Below the pieces are notes generated by a model that was not told where the DNA came from, made no database searches, and saw only the letters and a program-made list of their open reading frames with translations. 64,000 nucleotides of DNA from positions 32,001-96,000 of the IMG/VR virus record IMGVR_UViG_3300021478_000016. The stretch is one strand, 5' to 3'. Below are positions 46,739 to 56,330 of the stretch, piece after piece (the first letter of the stretch is position 1; each line of letters opens with the position of its first letter). The translations under genes were made by a program, and so were the position numbers. The DNA comes from a virus.

Positions 46739-48557
46739 GGGTCTCGAACCTGAGACTATTGGAAAGTTCGGGACGACGGAAGACGAGTACTACGATCTCG
46801 AAGAACTGGCCCCGGCCGACAAGAACTGGCTGGCAGAGCCTGAAGACTTCGACGACTTCATCGAGCTCGAGTACGAGAAGAACCTCGCCCCTAGGCTCAC
46901 GGAGATCTCCCTCTCCGAGTTCACCCACGTCTCCTTCCGCATGCCGACGGAAGACGGCGGCGCCTACGAGAACTTCTCGTTCAAGGGCCGTCGGCACATG
47001 GTCCGCATCTACGACACGCCGGCGAAGCGCATCTTGCTCGTATGCGCACGCCAGGTCGAGAAGTCGACACTGCTCGGCAACCGAGCCATCGCGTACTCGT
47101 GCCTCGTCCCAGGCTTCAAGACGCTCTACGTCTCCCCCACCTCGACCCAGACCAAGACCTTCTCGACGGACCGTCTGAAGGAGCCCATCGAGACCAGCCC
47201 GATCTTGCGCGCCTTCACGACGACGATGCTCTCGCAGAACGTCTTCGAGAAGCAATTCGTCAACTGGTCCAAGATCACCCTACGCAACGCCTTCCTCAAC
47301 GCGGACCGGACCCGAGGCATCCCTGCCTGGATGCTGGAAGTCGATGAGTTCCAGGACGTCCTTTCGGAGAACGTCCCGGTCATCGAGCAGTGCACCAGCC
47401 ACGCACCCGAGAAGTGGAAGCGCTTCTGTTACGCCGGCACGCCCAAGAGTCTCGACAACAACATCGAGTACTACCGGGCGCAGCTCTCGACGCAAGGAGA
47501 GTGGGCGGTCCCCTGTGACTCCTGCGGTTCGAGCGCCGGCGCTGGGCGGTACTGGAACATCCTCGGAGAGAAGAATCTCGGCAAGCACTCTCTCATCTGC
47601 GAGAAGTGCGGAAAGCAGATCCACCCACAGCACGACGAAGCGCAGTGGGTGCAGATGGTCAAGTACGACGCGAAGACCACGCCCTTCGAGAGCTACCGCA
47701 TCCCGCAGCTCATGGTCCCATGGAAGTCGTGGGACGAGATCATGCTGGATTACCTCCGGTACCCGAGGGACAAGTTCTACAACGAGGTCCTCGGTCTCTC
47801 GTACGACTCGGGCATGCGCCCGCTCACAATGGCGCAGGTCAAGGAGTGCTGCCTCGATCGGCTCTCGATGCACCCGGCCTACCTCGAGCGGCTCAAGAAG
47901 AAGATGGGCGACACCCCCATCTTCATGGGCGTCGACTGGGGCACTGGCGAGCATACGTACACGGTCGTGGTTCTCGGGGCGTACTTCGACATGGACTTCC
48001 GCATCTTCTACCTGCATCGGTGCACGGGGGCTGAGCTCGAACCACCTGTCCAGGAGAAGTTCATCGACGACCTCATCGAGCAGTGGAACCCGCTCATCAT
48101 CGGTGCGGACTACGGCGGTGGGTTTCACTCCAACGACCATCTCGTTCGCAAGGTGGGTCCGAAGAGGATCGCCAAGTTCCAGTACATGGCTCGCTCGAAG
48201 AGGAAGGTCGAGTGGGACCCGAAGCTCCTGCGCTACAAGGTTCACCGGACGGAGGTCATGAGCGACCTGTTCAACGCCATCAAGAGGCAGAAGCTCCACT
48301 TCCCCCGTTGGGTGGAGATGCAGAACCCGTACGCGCAGGACATGTGCAACATCTACGCGGAGTACAACGAGCAGCTCCGCATGATCATGTACGACCACAA
48401 CCAAGACCGGCCGGACGACACGTTCCACGCAGTGCTCTACTGCTTCCTGGCCTCAATGATCAAGTTCCCACGCCCGGACATCATCACGCCGCTGCGAGAG
48501 GATCAGAACCGTGGTCCGCTAGTTGGCGGATACACAGGGCCTATCTACCAGGGCTAG
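46737..48557 (+). CDS. terL: Terminase large subunit (lambda GpA-like)
   Basis: GGAGG RBS; ARQVEKST Walker A, VDEFQD Walker B, GTP, CDSC..CEKC, NEVLG, MGVDWG, PDDTFHA. Confidence 0.9.
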   Translation: MGLEPETIGKFGTTEDEYYDLEELAPADKNWLAEPEDFDDFIELEYEKNLAPRLTEISLSEFTHVSFRMPTEDGGAYENFSFKGRRHMVRIYDTPAKRILLVCARQVEKSTLLGNRAIAYSCLVPGFKTLYVSPTSTQTKTFSTDRLKEPIETSPILRAFTTTMLSQNVFEKQFVNWSKITLRNAFLNADRTRGIPAWMLEVDEFQDVLSENVPVIEQCTSHAPEKWKRFCYAGTPKSLDNNIEYYRAQLSTQGEWAVPCDSCGSSAGAGRYWNILGEKNLGKHSLICEKCGKQIHPQHDEAQWVQMVKYDAKTTPFESYRIPQLMVPWKSWDEIMLDYLRYPRDKFYNEVLGLSYDSGMRPLTMAQVKECCLDRLSMHPAYLERLKKKMGDTPIFMGVDWGTGEHTYTVVVLGAYFDMDFRIFYLHRCTGAELEPPVQEKFIDDLIEQWNPLIIGADYGGGFHSNDHLVRKVGPKRIAKFQYMARSKRKVEWDPKLLRYKVHRTEVMSDLFNAIKRQKLHFPRWVEMQNPYAQDMCNIYAEYNEQLRMIMYDHNQDRPDDTFHAVLYCFLASMIKFPRPDIITPLREDQNRGPLVGGYTGPIYQG

Positions 48558-49366
48558 TGCACGCGCTTCGAGTCGACGCGTACCCACTTGCGCTTGTGGC
48601 TAGAGGCCTCGGAGTCGAGCTTCAGCCTGATGTCTTCCTTCATGGCGATGCGGACGAGATGGGAGATGCCGCGCGTCACATCGCCATCTCGAGCCTCTGG
48701 GAAGGCCTTGTTCGCCTCTGCGGCCCCATCTCGCAGCCGGCAGAAGAAGTACGCCGCCTGTCTCATGCTGCGCAACGCGAAGCTGAAGTACGCGTAGGCC
48801 ACTTCCAGATCTTTCTGAGCGTGGAAGAAGTCACGTGGTGCCTTGGAGACCATCTGCTGGCCGAGCATGATGAAGTGCAGCCAGGGCTCTTGCGTCTTCA
48901 TGAAGTGCGCGGCGAGAATCAGATACGTCTCATCTACGCTCAGGAAGACCTTGGCCCAGTCCATCACCTCGACGGCTGTGAGTGTACGCAGGTCGCTCTT
49001 CAAGGCATTGGCGACACGGCGGTACATCGCCTCGATGTCATACGGATCTTCCGGGAGCCTTCTTTCTTTAGCCCCGAAGAGATCTAGGACTTCATCGAGC
49101 TTGCGTTCCACCCTCTTGCCGACAGCGTATGCAGTCAGGGCTCGGTTGTAGATCTTCGAGAGATGGACTCGGTCCTCGACCACCTTGAGGACCTCAGCCA
49201 CATCCGAGATGTGGAACATCGGCTTCGCACCTGCTGGATTGCAGGACTGGAGAATGCCCTGGGCGATCATCTTGTTGACCGCACCGAGTGTGACGCAGAG
49301 AGTCCGTGCAACTTCGACCTTGGTCAGCAGCAGGTCGTCCGGAGCCTTCTCTTCGGCTTTCGGCAT
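48554..49366 (-). CDS. HTH DNA-binding protein (excisionase/MerR-like N-terminus)
   Basis: LLTKVEVARTLCVTLGAVNKMIAQGIL...FHISDV. Confidence 0.7.
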   Translation of the reverse strand: MPKAEEKAPDDLLLTKVEVARTLCVTLGAVNKMIAQGILQSCNPAGAKPMFHISDVAEVLKVVEDRVHLSKIYNRALTAYAVGKRVERKLDEVLDLFGAKERRLPEDPYDIEAMYRRVANALKSDLRTLTAVEVMDWAKVFLSVDETYLILAAHFMKTQEPWLHFIMLGQQMVSKAPRDFFHAQKDLEVAYAYFSFALRSMRQAAYFFCRLRDGAAEANKAFPEARDGDVTRGISHLVRIAMKEDIRLKLDSEASSHKRKWVRVDSKRVH

Positions 49367-49406
49367 GTGCTATTCCTACAGTAGAATCCACCAGGGAGCA
49401 CTGACA

Positions 49407-50690
49407 ATGGACCTTCCGTTCCTGATGCTCTCCCAGTCGCGTGGACGCTCGATCTCCGGCGAGGAGCTCGAGGCGTTCGGCAAGAAGGCTGCGGAGCTCT
49501 GGTCTTCGAGCGAGAAGACCCTGAACGATGCCGTCGTCGAGACCGTCAAGCAGGCCGGACTCACGCCGGAGCAGGTGCGGAGGGTCGTCGAGTTCGCGAA
49601 CACCTCGGCGTACCTCGGCGAGTTCAAGAAGGAGGGCTCCACCCATCGGGTCATCGAGTTCTCAGGTGGCCCGGCAGACCCAGCGGCCGTCCTCCAGGAC
49701 CTCAACGACGGTGGTGGAGGCTCGGTCCGGGATCGAGGCATGCTCGACTATCAGAGCCCCCCCTCTCGCAGCAAGACCGCCTCGACCGACGAAGACCTGT
49801 CGCTCAAGCAGGCATTCGAGGTGGAGAAGTCGGCTGGCATCCCGGAAGAGAACCCTCTCGGCGACGTCATCGACCTACGCGAGAAGATGGCGGGTCTGCA
49901 TGACCACATCACTTCACAGATCAGCGGCCTCGAGGTCATGTACATGGATCTCTGCGAACGTCTCTTCGAGAACGTGAAGCAGGCGTCTCTCGAGGGGTAC
50001 ACACTCGGCGAGGTCGTGCAGGTCTGGTCGAAGGTGACCGACGAACCCGTCTTCTTCAAGACGGCCTTCGACATGCTCTCGAAGCGTCTGGTCGACAACG
50101 AGGTCTTCCGCTCCACCCTGGACATCGCCGAGTCCCTCGAGAAGACGGGGTCCTCGCGGCTGGTCAACATGGGTCACCCGTTGATCGCCGACTTCCAGGA
50201 GTACTGCGACGTCCTGATGAAGCTCGCCGGTCTGCGCGGGCAGCAGGAGAACGCCGCCTCGGCCCTTCAGGAGACCACGGAGTTCATCCTCCGTCCGGAG
50301 AAGCGCGCGAGTTTTCGCGATAGCTCCTCGGCCAGCCAGCAGGCCGGAGAGCTGAAGCAGGCTGCTGGTGGGGCGATCGGCCAAGTGCTCGACGTCGCTC
50401 GTGCCGCCGGCGAGAAGGTGGCGCCGGCTGCCGGCAAGGTCGTCGGTTCCGTCATCGGACAGGGCCCTGGAGCTCAGGAGGCCGGCAAGTACATCGGCAA
50501 GGCCATCCAGTACACGCCGCACGCCATCGGCGCGGCTCTCGGCCTGCGCGCACTTCAGCATCTACAGGCGGCGGGCCAGAGTCCGATCGGACACGCCGTC
50601 AAGTCCTTCGTGCCCGGCACGGCGGACTACCAGCAGAAGCAGTACGAGCTCCAGATGCGGTACGGCGGCATGCCGTTCGGGACCTACTGA
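49407..50690 (+). CDS. Putative head/inner-core protein
   Basis: LTPEQVRRVVEFANTSAYL; many KxA motifs; Gly-zipper C-terminus. Confidence 0.6.
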   Translation: MDLPFLMLSQSRGRSISGEELEAFGKKAAELWSSSEKTLNDAVVETVKQAGLTPEQVRRVVEFANTSAYLGEFKKEGSTHRVIEFSGGPADPAAVLQDLNDGGGGSVRDRGMLDYQSPPSRSKTASTDEDLSLKQAFEVEKSAGIPEENPLGDVIDLREKMAGLHDHITSQISGLEVMYMDLCERLFENVKQASLEGYTLGEVVQVWSKVTDEPVFFKTAFDMLSKRLVDNEVFRSTLDIAESLEKTGSSRLVNMGHPLIADFQEYCDVLMKLAGLRGQQENAASALQETTEFILRPEKRASFRDSSSASQQAGELKQAAGGAIGQVLDVARAAGEKVAPAAGKVVGSVIGQGPGAQEAGKYIGKAIQYTPHAIGAALGLRALQHLQAAGQSPIGHAVKSFVPGTADYQQKQYELQMRYGGMPFGTY

Positions 50691-50698
50691 GGTGGACG

Positions 50699-51373
50699 AT
50701 GAGCATCTTCGATGACGTCCTGAAGACGAAGACGGCAGACCCGGCGGACATGGCTCGGAAGAGCATGGGTTTCGCAGGCCATCTCGGTCAGTCCCTGGCG
50801 ACGGGGGCGGGTGCTGGCCTCGCCGGTGCCGCTATCGCTGGTGCCGGTGTCGCCGCCTCAAAGATCTACGACGCCATGACCAAGGCGCGTGACTTCCGAG
50901 CGATGCTCGGCTCGAGCTTCAACTCCGACCTCATGGACTACTACCGGCAGAAGCCGAAGCAGTTCAATGAGGCGTTCAGCTCCCTGCGTTCGGCCAACCC
51001 ATCGTTCAGCAAGGACCCGATGGTGGCCGGCAACTACATGCGGCGCATCATGGAGATGCGGCCGGAGTCCGCCGGCGGCGCCATCGTCGAGTCGCTGTCG
51101 CACCGCAAGGACGTTTCGGAGTCGCCGATCTTCGACGCCTTCACCCGCTCTGGCACCTCGGTCGCCGGCGGCGTGATGGGAGAGCTCAGCAAGCCGAAGA
51201 AGACGGACCTCAAGAGCCCCGAGGAGATGGAGCAGTTCCAAGCAATGGAGCGCTTCAAGTCCACCCTCCGTCAGCGCGCAGGCGGGGAGCAGGAAGGCCA
51301 CAAGCCTCGCTCGCGTCGCTCTCTCGGAGGCTCCGAGAGTTACGGAGGGACGCCGACTCCGGGCGCCGAGTGA
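50699..51373 (+). CDS. Putative virion protein with hydrophobic Gly/Ala helix
   Basis: GAGGTG RBS; KTKTA motif; located in the head operon. Confidence 0.6.
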   Translation: MSIFDDVLKTKTADPADMARKSMGFAGHLGQSLATGAGAGLAGAAIAGAGVAASKIYDAMTKARDFRAMLGSSFNSDLMDYYRQKPKQFNEAFSSLRSANPSFSKDPMVAGNYMRRIMEMRPESAGGAIVESLSHRKDVSESPIFDAFTRSGTSVAGGVMGELSKPKKTDLKSPEEMEQFQAMERFKSTLRQRAGGEQEGHKPRSRRSLGGSESYGGTPTPGAE

Positions 51374-53164
51374 ATGATCTACAAGGTCAGCTACTACCTC
51401 GGCAGTGACCCGAGAGGTCCTGCCGCCATCCCCCTCTTCACAGAGAAAACGGATGGGTACTTCGAGAAGGTGGCTGCACCCAAGCTTCTGCCCGATGTGG
51501 TGAAGTACATCGAGAACCTCAAGCCCCGCAGTGACGCGCAGTACGTGCTCGTCAACGCGATGGGTGCTGGGGAGTTCTGGGGATCGAACATCAACGGAGA
51601 CTACTTCCCCGAGACTGCGCTCATCCATCGACCGGACAACTGGACAGGCAATCCACTACTCGACAAGATCCGCTCGAAGGATTGGCCGTACGGCTACCCG
51701 ACCTTCTACAACGCGAAGCCCTTCCTCCACCACCGCAACAAGGACTACCCTCCGCACAACCACCCCTCGTTCGGAGAGATCGAGCTTGCAGCTTGGAATC
51801 CGAACATGAAGCGGGTGGAGTTGGTACACAGGATCGACAAGGACCTGTGTGCGAAGGGTGGTGGTCTGGGTCTCTGGGACAAGCTCAAGGCCGGTGACTA
51901 TCCGGACACGTCGATGGGTTGCAAGGTGCCTTTCGACACGTGCTCCATCTGCCTCGACGAGCAGCGCTACAGAGAGGCTCTCGCCACGTTCGAGCCGGGC
52001 AAGCACAAGAGCCCAGGCGAGGCGGTGCTGGTCATCCACGAGAAGAAGCCCATCCGCGGTGTCTCCAAGACGCGCAACGACTACTGCTCGCACGCGCGGG
52101 ACATGATGAACCGCATCTTGCCTGACGGCAGGAAGGTCTTCGTCACGAACGACTTCCCGAAGTTCTTCGACGATTCGTTCGTCTTCATCGGTGCGGACAA
52201 GACCGCCAAGATGATGATGAAGATCGCCGATGACGAGAACTTCACGCCCACCGCTCGTGCCTTCTACGGTGTGCCGTCGGGGACAGCTACGTACTCGCCC
52301 GAGCTCGACATGAACGGCGGGGTGGACTCGTCAACCAAGCCCGAGGCAGATGAGGACATGAAGGTGGGTGAGGCCCACGACTTCGAGGCGATCCGCCTGA
52401 TGTTCAAGGTCGCCGAGGCCAAGGGTGCAGAGATGGACAAGGAGGTTGTCCCCTCCCAGTTCGCTGGCAAGGCGATTCCAGTGCTCACGCAGAAGGAGTC
52501 GGACCTGCCCAAGAGTGTCATCGACGCACTCTCGACGCGCTCTCCGGAGGAGGCTCTCTCGACGACGACGGGCATGGGGATCGTGCTTCGTCCGCACGAG
52601 TTCCAGCGGATGATGCTCAAGACCCTGGGACAGCACTCGATGGCCGACGAGCTCGAGTCTGCGGGTCTGGTCTTTCCGAAGACCAAGGACGAGGCCCCCG
52701 TGAAGATGCACAGTTCTCTCTTCAGCGACGTGCTGGCAAAGCTGCTGATTCCCCTGCTTTCAGGCCGTTCTGCATTCGGCCCGTTCATCGAGCGGCGGTG
52801 CGTCATGATCGTTGCCGGACCGGGGGGTGAGCCAGAGAAGAGGGCTTCTTCCCTTACAACGCCCCTCCTGCGTAAGATAGGAGCTGCGTACAACGGGTAT
52901 CGCCGTCAGATGATGAACTTCATCACCGAATCGCAGAGCGTCCTCGCCCAGTCTTCGCTGGGTGATTCTTCGCTCTCGAAGCTTGCACACCACCCGGTGA
53001 ACGAGCTATTCACTCCTCTGACGGCCGCGTATCTCCGAGATGCCTTCATCGACGAGATGGGCGAGCTCTCAATCAAACAGGCTCACGCCGGCGTGGAGAG
53101 GGGATTCCCCTCGAGGAACACGCGAGACACCTCGAATCTAGTGGAGGATCTCCATGCCCGGTGA
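51374..53164 (+). CDS. Prohead (capsid maturation) serine protease
   Basis: NINGDYF, FLHHRNKD (candidate His), DTSMGCKV (candidate Ser), CSIC..YCSH, SFVFIGADKTA; upstream of the major capsid gene. Confidence 0.7.
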   Translation: MIYKVSYYLGSDPRGPAAIPLFTEKTDGYFEKVAAPKLLPDVVKYIENLKPRSDAQYVLVNAMGAGEFWGSNINGDYFPETALIHRPDNWTGNPLLDKIRSKDWPYGYPTFYNAKPFLHHRNKDYPPHNHPSFGEIELAAWNPNMKRVELVHRIDKDLCAKGGGLGLWDKLKAGDYPDTSMGCKVPFDTCSICLDEQRYREALATFEPGKHKSPGEAVLVIHEKKPIRGVSKTRNDYCSHARDMMNRILPDGRKVFVTNDFPKFFDDSFVFIGADKTAKMMMKIADDENFTPTARAFYGVPSGTATYSPELDMNGGVDSSTKPEADEDMKVGEAHDFEAIRLMFKVAEAKGAEMDKEVVPSQFAGKAIPVLTQKESDLPKSVIDALSTRSPEEALSTTTGMGIVLRPHEFQRMMLKTLGQHSMADELESAGLVFPKTKDEAPVKMHSSLFSDVLAKLLIPLLSGRSAFGPFIERRCVMIVAGPGGEPEKRASSLTTPLLRKIGAAYNGYRRQMMNFITESQSVLAQSSLGDSSLSKLAHHPVNELFTPLTAAYLRDAFIDEMGELSIKQAHAGVERGFPSRNTRDTSNLVEDLHAR

Positions 53165-54041
53165 CATGAACGAGTTTCTGGCGGCAGCGTACGCCACGGC
53201 CCAGCCGGCACCCGTGCACACGGATGCGGCAGAGAAGGTCGCGCACGCAGAGCTGTTCGCCAAGCTGGCCGCAGAGAGCGGCCTGGACCTGACGCAGCTC
53301 ACGGACGAGCAGATCGCGGCTGCCTGGAACGAGTTCCGGACGCAGGTGACGACGAAGACGGCCGAGGCGGGTCAGCCTGCGGGCCAGACCAAGGCTGCGG
53401 GCGAGCACGGTCACGCGCACAAGCACGAGCACAAGGAAGCCGCGGCGAAGCGCGAGTTCGAGCAGACCAAGCAGGCGCAGGTCGAGTGGGAGCAGAAGAA
53501 CGCCGAGGCCGACTTCCTCGGTCGTCGGATGGCCCACGCCTACGTGGACGAGCTGAAGAAGATCGCCAGCGCAACGGGCAGCCTGCCCGGTCAGACGGCG
53601 CCGGCGGCAGCTCCCGGGGAGAGCAAGGAGGCAGCGATGCCCCCGTTCCTCCAGAAGCTCAAGGGCCACGCCGCGGCAGCGGCCGGCAAGGCGAAGGACA
53701 AGGGCAAGGACGCCGTCGAGACAGCCAAGAAGCACAAGGGTCACGCCGCCGCGGCAGCCGGTGGTGCGGCAGCCGGCGCGGCCGGCGGCTTCATGGCGGG
53801 CAAGAGCAAGAAGGCGTCGGCGCTCGACGAGCTCGCGGCCCTCAAGGCGGTCGAGAAGGTCGCCGAGGCGGGTCTCGATGCGAACGAGGCGGCCGAGAAG
53901 ATCGCCGCCATCTTCGGCAAGGGTGAGGTCAAGGACAGCGAGAAGATCGCGGGCGTCGAGGACTTCAACACGGCCCTCGAGGTCCGGTCTCTCGAGCTGC
54001 TCGAGCAGGTCGGCTACAAGGTCGAGTGGAAGCAGGCCTGA
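53154..54041 (+). CDS. Scaffold/core-like Ala-Glu-Lys-rich head protein
   Basis: GGAGG RBS; strong codon bias; dense KxA motifs; lies between protease and capsid genes. Confidence 0.6.
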   Translation: MPGDMNEFLAAAYATAQPAPVHTDAAEKVAHAELFAKLAAESGLDLTQLTDEQIAAAWNEFRTQVTTKTAEAGQPAGQTKAAGEHGHAHKHEHKEAAAKREFEQTKQAQVEWEQKNAEADFLGRRMAHAYVDELKKIASATGSLPGQTAPAAAPGESKEAAMPPFLQKLKGHAAAAAGKAKDKGKDAVETAKKHKGHAAAAAGGAAAGAAGGFMAGKSKKASALDELAALKAVEKVAEAGLDANEAAEKIAAIFGKGEVKDSEKIAGVEDFNTALEVRSLELLEQVGYKVEWKQA

Positions 54042-54063
54042 GAAGGGCGTAGGGTGAAGGACA

Positions 54064-55365
54064 GTGGTCGCCGGTCGTCTGAAGCTCGCTGAAGATCCGA
54101 CGGCCCCTGTCCGCGCCCAAGCTGCTGCCTCCTCGATCCCGCAGGTCACTCTTCCGACGCTTCCCGCTCCCGCAGGCAAGAAAGGTCCAGTAGGAACTTC
54201 ACCTCGAACGAATTACTCTCGAGTGAACACGGGTGCTCCGCTGGCGCCTGACGCCGGCGCGGCGGAACAAAAGAGCCTTCAACCAAAGTACGGGTCGATC
54301 ATGATGAACGGAACGAGCCAAGCACACACGCCGACCCTCCAGGACATGGTCAAGGCAGCCCAGACGGGTGCCCTCAGCCGGTCCCGCATCGCGACGGAGG
54401 CCCAGCGCCAGCTCGACAACGTCGGCGGAGAGAAGACCGCCGAGGAGATGTGCGAGAAGTGCAAGAAGCCGATGGAGCACTGCACGTGCAAGGCCGAGAA
54501 GAAGGGCTCTGCCTCGAAGGTCTCGACGGCGTACGCCACGAAGGCGGCGGAGGCTCTCGAGTATCTCGCGCACGAGCTCAAGACGGAGAAGAAGGCCGCT
54601 CCGAACGCGCCGCCTCCGCACATGACCGAGCGTACGGTGGGCCCCGGTGAGGGTCCTGGCGCGATCGAGGTCTCGCACGCGACGGCGAGCACGCCGTTGC
54701 CCGACCACAAGGGTCAGGGCCATCAGCAGCCGCCGATGAAGCCGGGTGGCGAGAAGGTCTTGAAGGGCGAGCACGGCGAGACGCAGATGGCCACGAACAT
54801 GGACCATCCGACGCACGGCACGACCCCGCAGAAGACGGTCGGCAAGACCGCTGCGGCGGAGCTCTACAAGGCGAACCTCACGAAGATGCTCGGCAAGGAG
54901 GCCGCGGAGAAGGTCGTTCAGACGAAGACCGCCGCTGCGGAGCTCTACAAGAAGAACTGCGAGCGCATGGGCATCAAGGTGGCCGAGGACGCCATCTTCC
55001 CGGCGCACATCACCGCGGGTCCGGCCGTGGCTCCCGAGACGAGCCAGGCAGGTCAGCCGGGTGGCGCGCCCGCCGGCGGGATGCCGCAGGGCCGCAAGGG
55101 GACCGACAGCAACCAGTCGTCGATCGACATCACCAAGGGCCAGGCGAAGTCCGACCCGAAGTCGGACCTCAAGAAGTGGTTCGACGAGCCGGCCCTCTCG
55201 GGGTCCACGGACTCGACGCTCAGCGCGGCCTTCGACAACACGGGTCGCGCCGGCACCAAGTACGCGAGCAAGGACGAGCAGGGCGACGAGAAGGTGGCGA
55301 CGGCAGCGGCTCGCGCGCTCCTCGAGAGTCTCCTCGAGAGCGTCAAGGGCCCCAAGGCAGCCTGA
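54064..55365 (+). CDS. Low-complexity scaffold/core-like head protein (start may be 54301)
   Basis: KxA motifs, duplicated KTAAAELYK, CEKC..CTC. Confidence 0.55.
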   Translation: MVAGRLKLAEDPTAPVRAQAAASSIPQVTLPTLPAPAGKKGPVGTSPRTNYSRVNTGAPLAPDAGAAEQKSLQPKYGSIMMNGTSQAHTPTLQDMVKAAQTGALSRSRIATEAQRQLDNVGGEKTAEEMCEKCKKPMEHCTCKAEKKGSASKVSTAYATKAAEALEYLAHELKTEKKAAPNAPPPHMTERTVGPGEGPGAIEVSHATASTPLPDHKGQGHQQPPMKPGGEKVLKGEHGETQMATNMDHPTHGTTPQKTVGKTAAAELYKANLTKMLGKEAAEKVVQTKTAAAELYKKNCERMGIKVAEDAIFPAHITAGPAVAPETSQAGQPGGAPAGGMPQGRKGTDSNQSSIDITKGQAKSDPKSDLKKWFDEPALSGSTDSTLSAAFDNTGRAGTKYASKDEQGDEKVATAAARALLESLLESVKGPKAA

Positions 55366-55370
55366 AGGAG

Positions 55371-55733
55371 ATGACCATGTTGGAGAAGGTCGGACAGGAC
55401 AAGGCCGCCGAGGCGATGCTCGAGGCGGCGCAGGTGATTCGCGCAGTCACGGACGAGCGCGACCAGGCTCTCGCCAAGCTGGCTGCCATCGAGCAGCACA
55501 CGCGCTGCGAGAAGCTGGCCTCGGCCATGGCTGCGAAGAACCTGACCTCGGAGCCCCACGACTACGTGGTCAGCAACCTCGAGAAGATGGCTGCGCAGGG
55601 CAAGCTCGACGAGCTCGAGCGCGCTGTGGCCATGGTCGGTCCGGACATGGGCCAGAAGATCGCCCATCTTTCGAACGACGAGCACCACGCACAGGGCGGA
55701 ACGTCTCCTCTCGAGACGTACCTGCTCGGCTGA
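55371..55733 (+). CDS. Small coiled-coil scaffold-like protein
   Basis: AAGGAG RBS; C-terminal SPLETYLLG. Confidence 0.6.
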   Translation: MTMLEKVGQDKAAEAMLEAAQVIRAVTDERDQALAKLAAIEQHTRCEKLASAMAAKNLTSEPHDYVVSNLEKMAAQGKLDELERAVAMVGPDMGQKIAHLSNDEHHAQGGTSPLETYLLG

Positions 55734-55763
55734 GAACCCAAGGTCAAGCAGGAGGAAGAGATC

Positions 55764-56288
55764 ATGTCGACGGTCCAGAGAGTCAACTTCACCCCGGTGT
55801 CGGACGTTCTCCCCATCACGCGGAGGGACTTCGCACTGGCCGACCCGACCCTGGCGAACCCCTTCAACGCCACCGCCCTGATCGACGGGGAGTGGGTCAC
55901 GCTGAACTCGAGCTACCAGATCCAGCGGCCGATGAGCATCTCGGCGGCCGGCAACGCGGCAACGGCTCGCAGCTTCCCCCTCTGGGCGGAGAAGGGTCGC
56001 TACGACGTCCAGGCCAACTCGGGTCGCAAGATGCCGGTCATCTGGCTCGGCGAGTCCGAGTGGGACACGCGCATCTTCGACGCGACGGCCGTCGTCGGTT
56101 CGGGTGCGGCCATCACGACCGTCCTCCAGCCGCTCAAGGTCGCTTCCGTCACCATCGGCGGCGTCATCTACTCGGGCCTCGTCGGCTCGGGCGGGTCGGC
56201 GGACAGCAACCCCATCGTCGGCTACGTCACCCGGCTGCCCGCCAACAACGGTGGTCAGCTTCGTTTCCGTACGGGCTACCGCCAGTAA
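55764..56288 (+). CDS. Capsid decoration/cement-like protein
   Basis: beta-rich 174-aa protein immediately upstream of the major capsid gene. Confidence 0.55.
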   Translation: MSTVQRVNFTPVSDVLPITRRDFALADPTLANPFNATALIDGEWVTLNSSYQIQRPMSISAAGNAATARSFPLWAEKGRYDVQANSGRKMPVIWLGESEWDTRIFDATAVVGSGAAITTVLQPLKVASVTIGGVIYSGLVGSGGSADSNPIVGYVTRLPANNGGQLRFRTGYRQ

Positions 56289-56330
56289 GCGGGAGACCCA
56301 GGGCTGAACAGAAGGAGCAAGGAGAAAGCC

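Noticed and set aside
12399-48557. Inteins or introns in polymerase, helicases, RNAP or terminase
   Set aside because: Motif spacing is continuous; no intein termini or interrupted frames noticed
54844-54950. KTAAAELYK duplication as a DNA-level element
   Set aside because: Short in-frame protein duplication, already covered by the KxA finding
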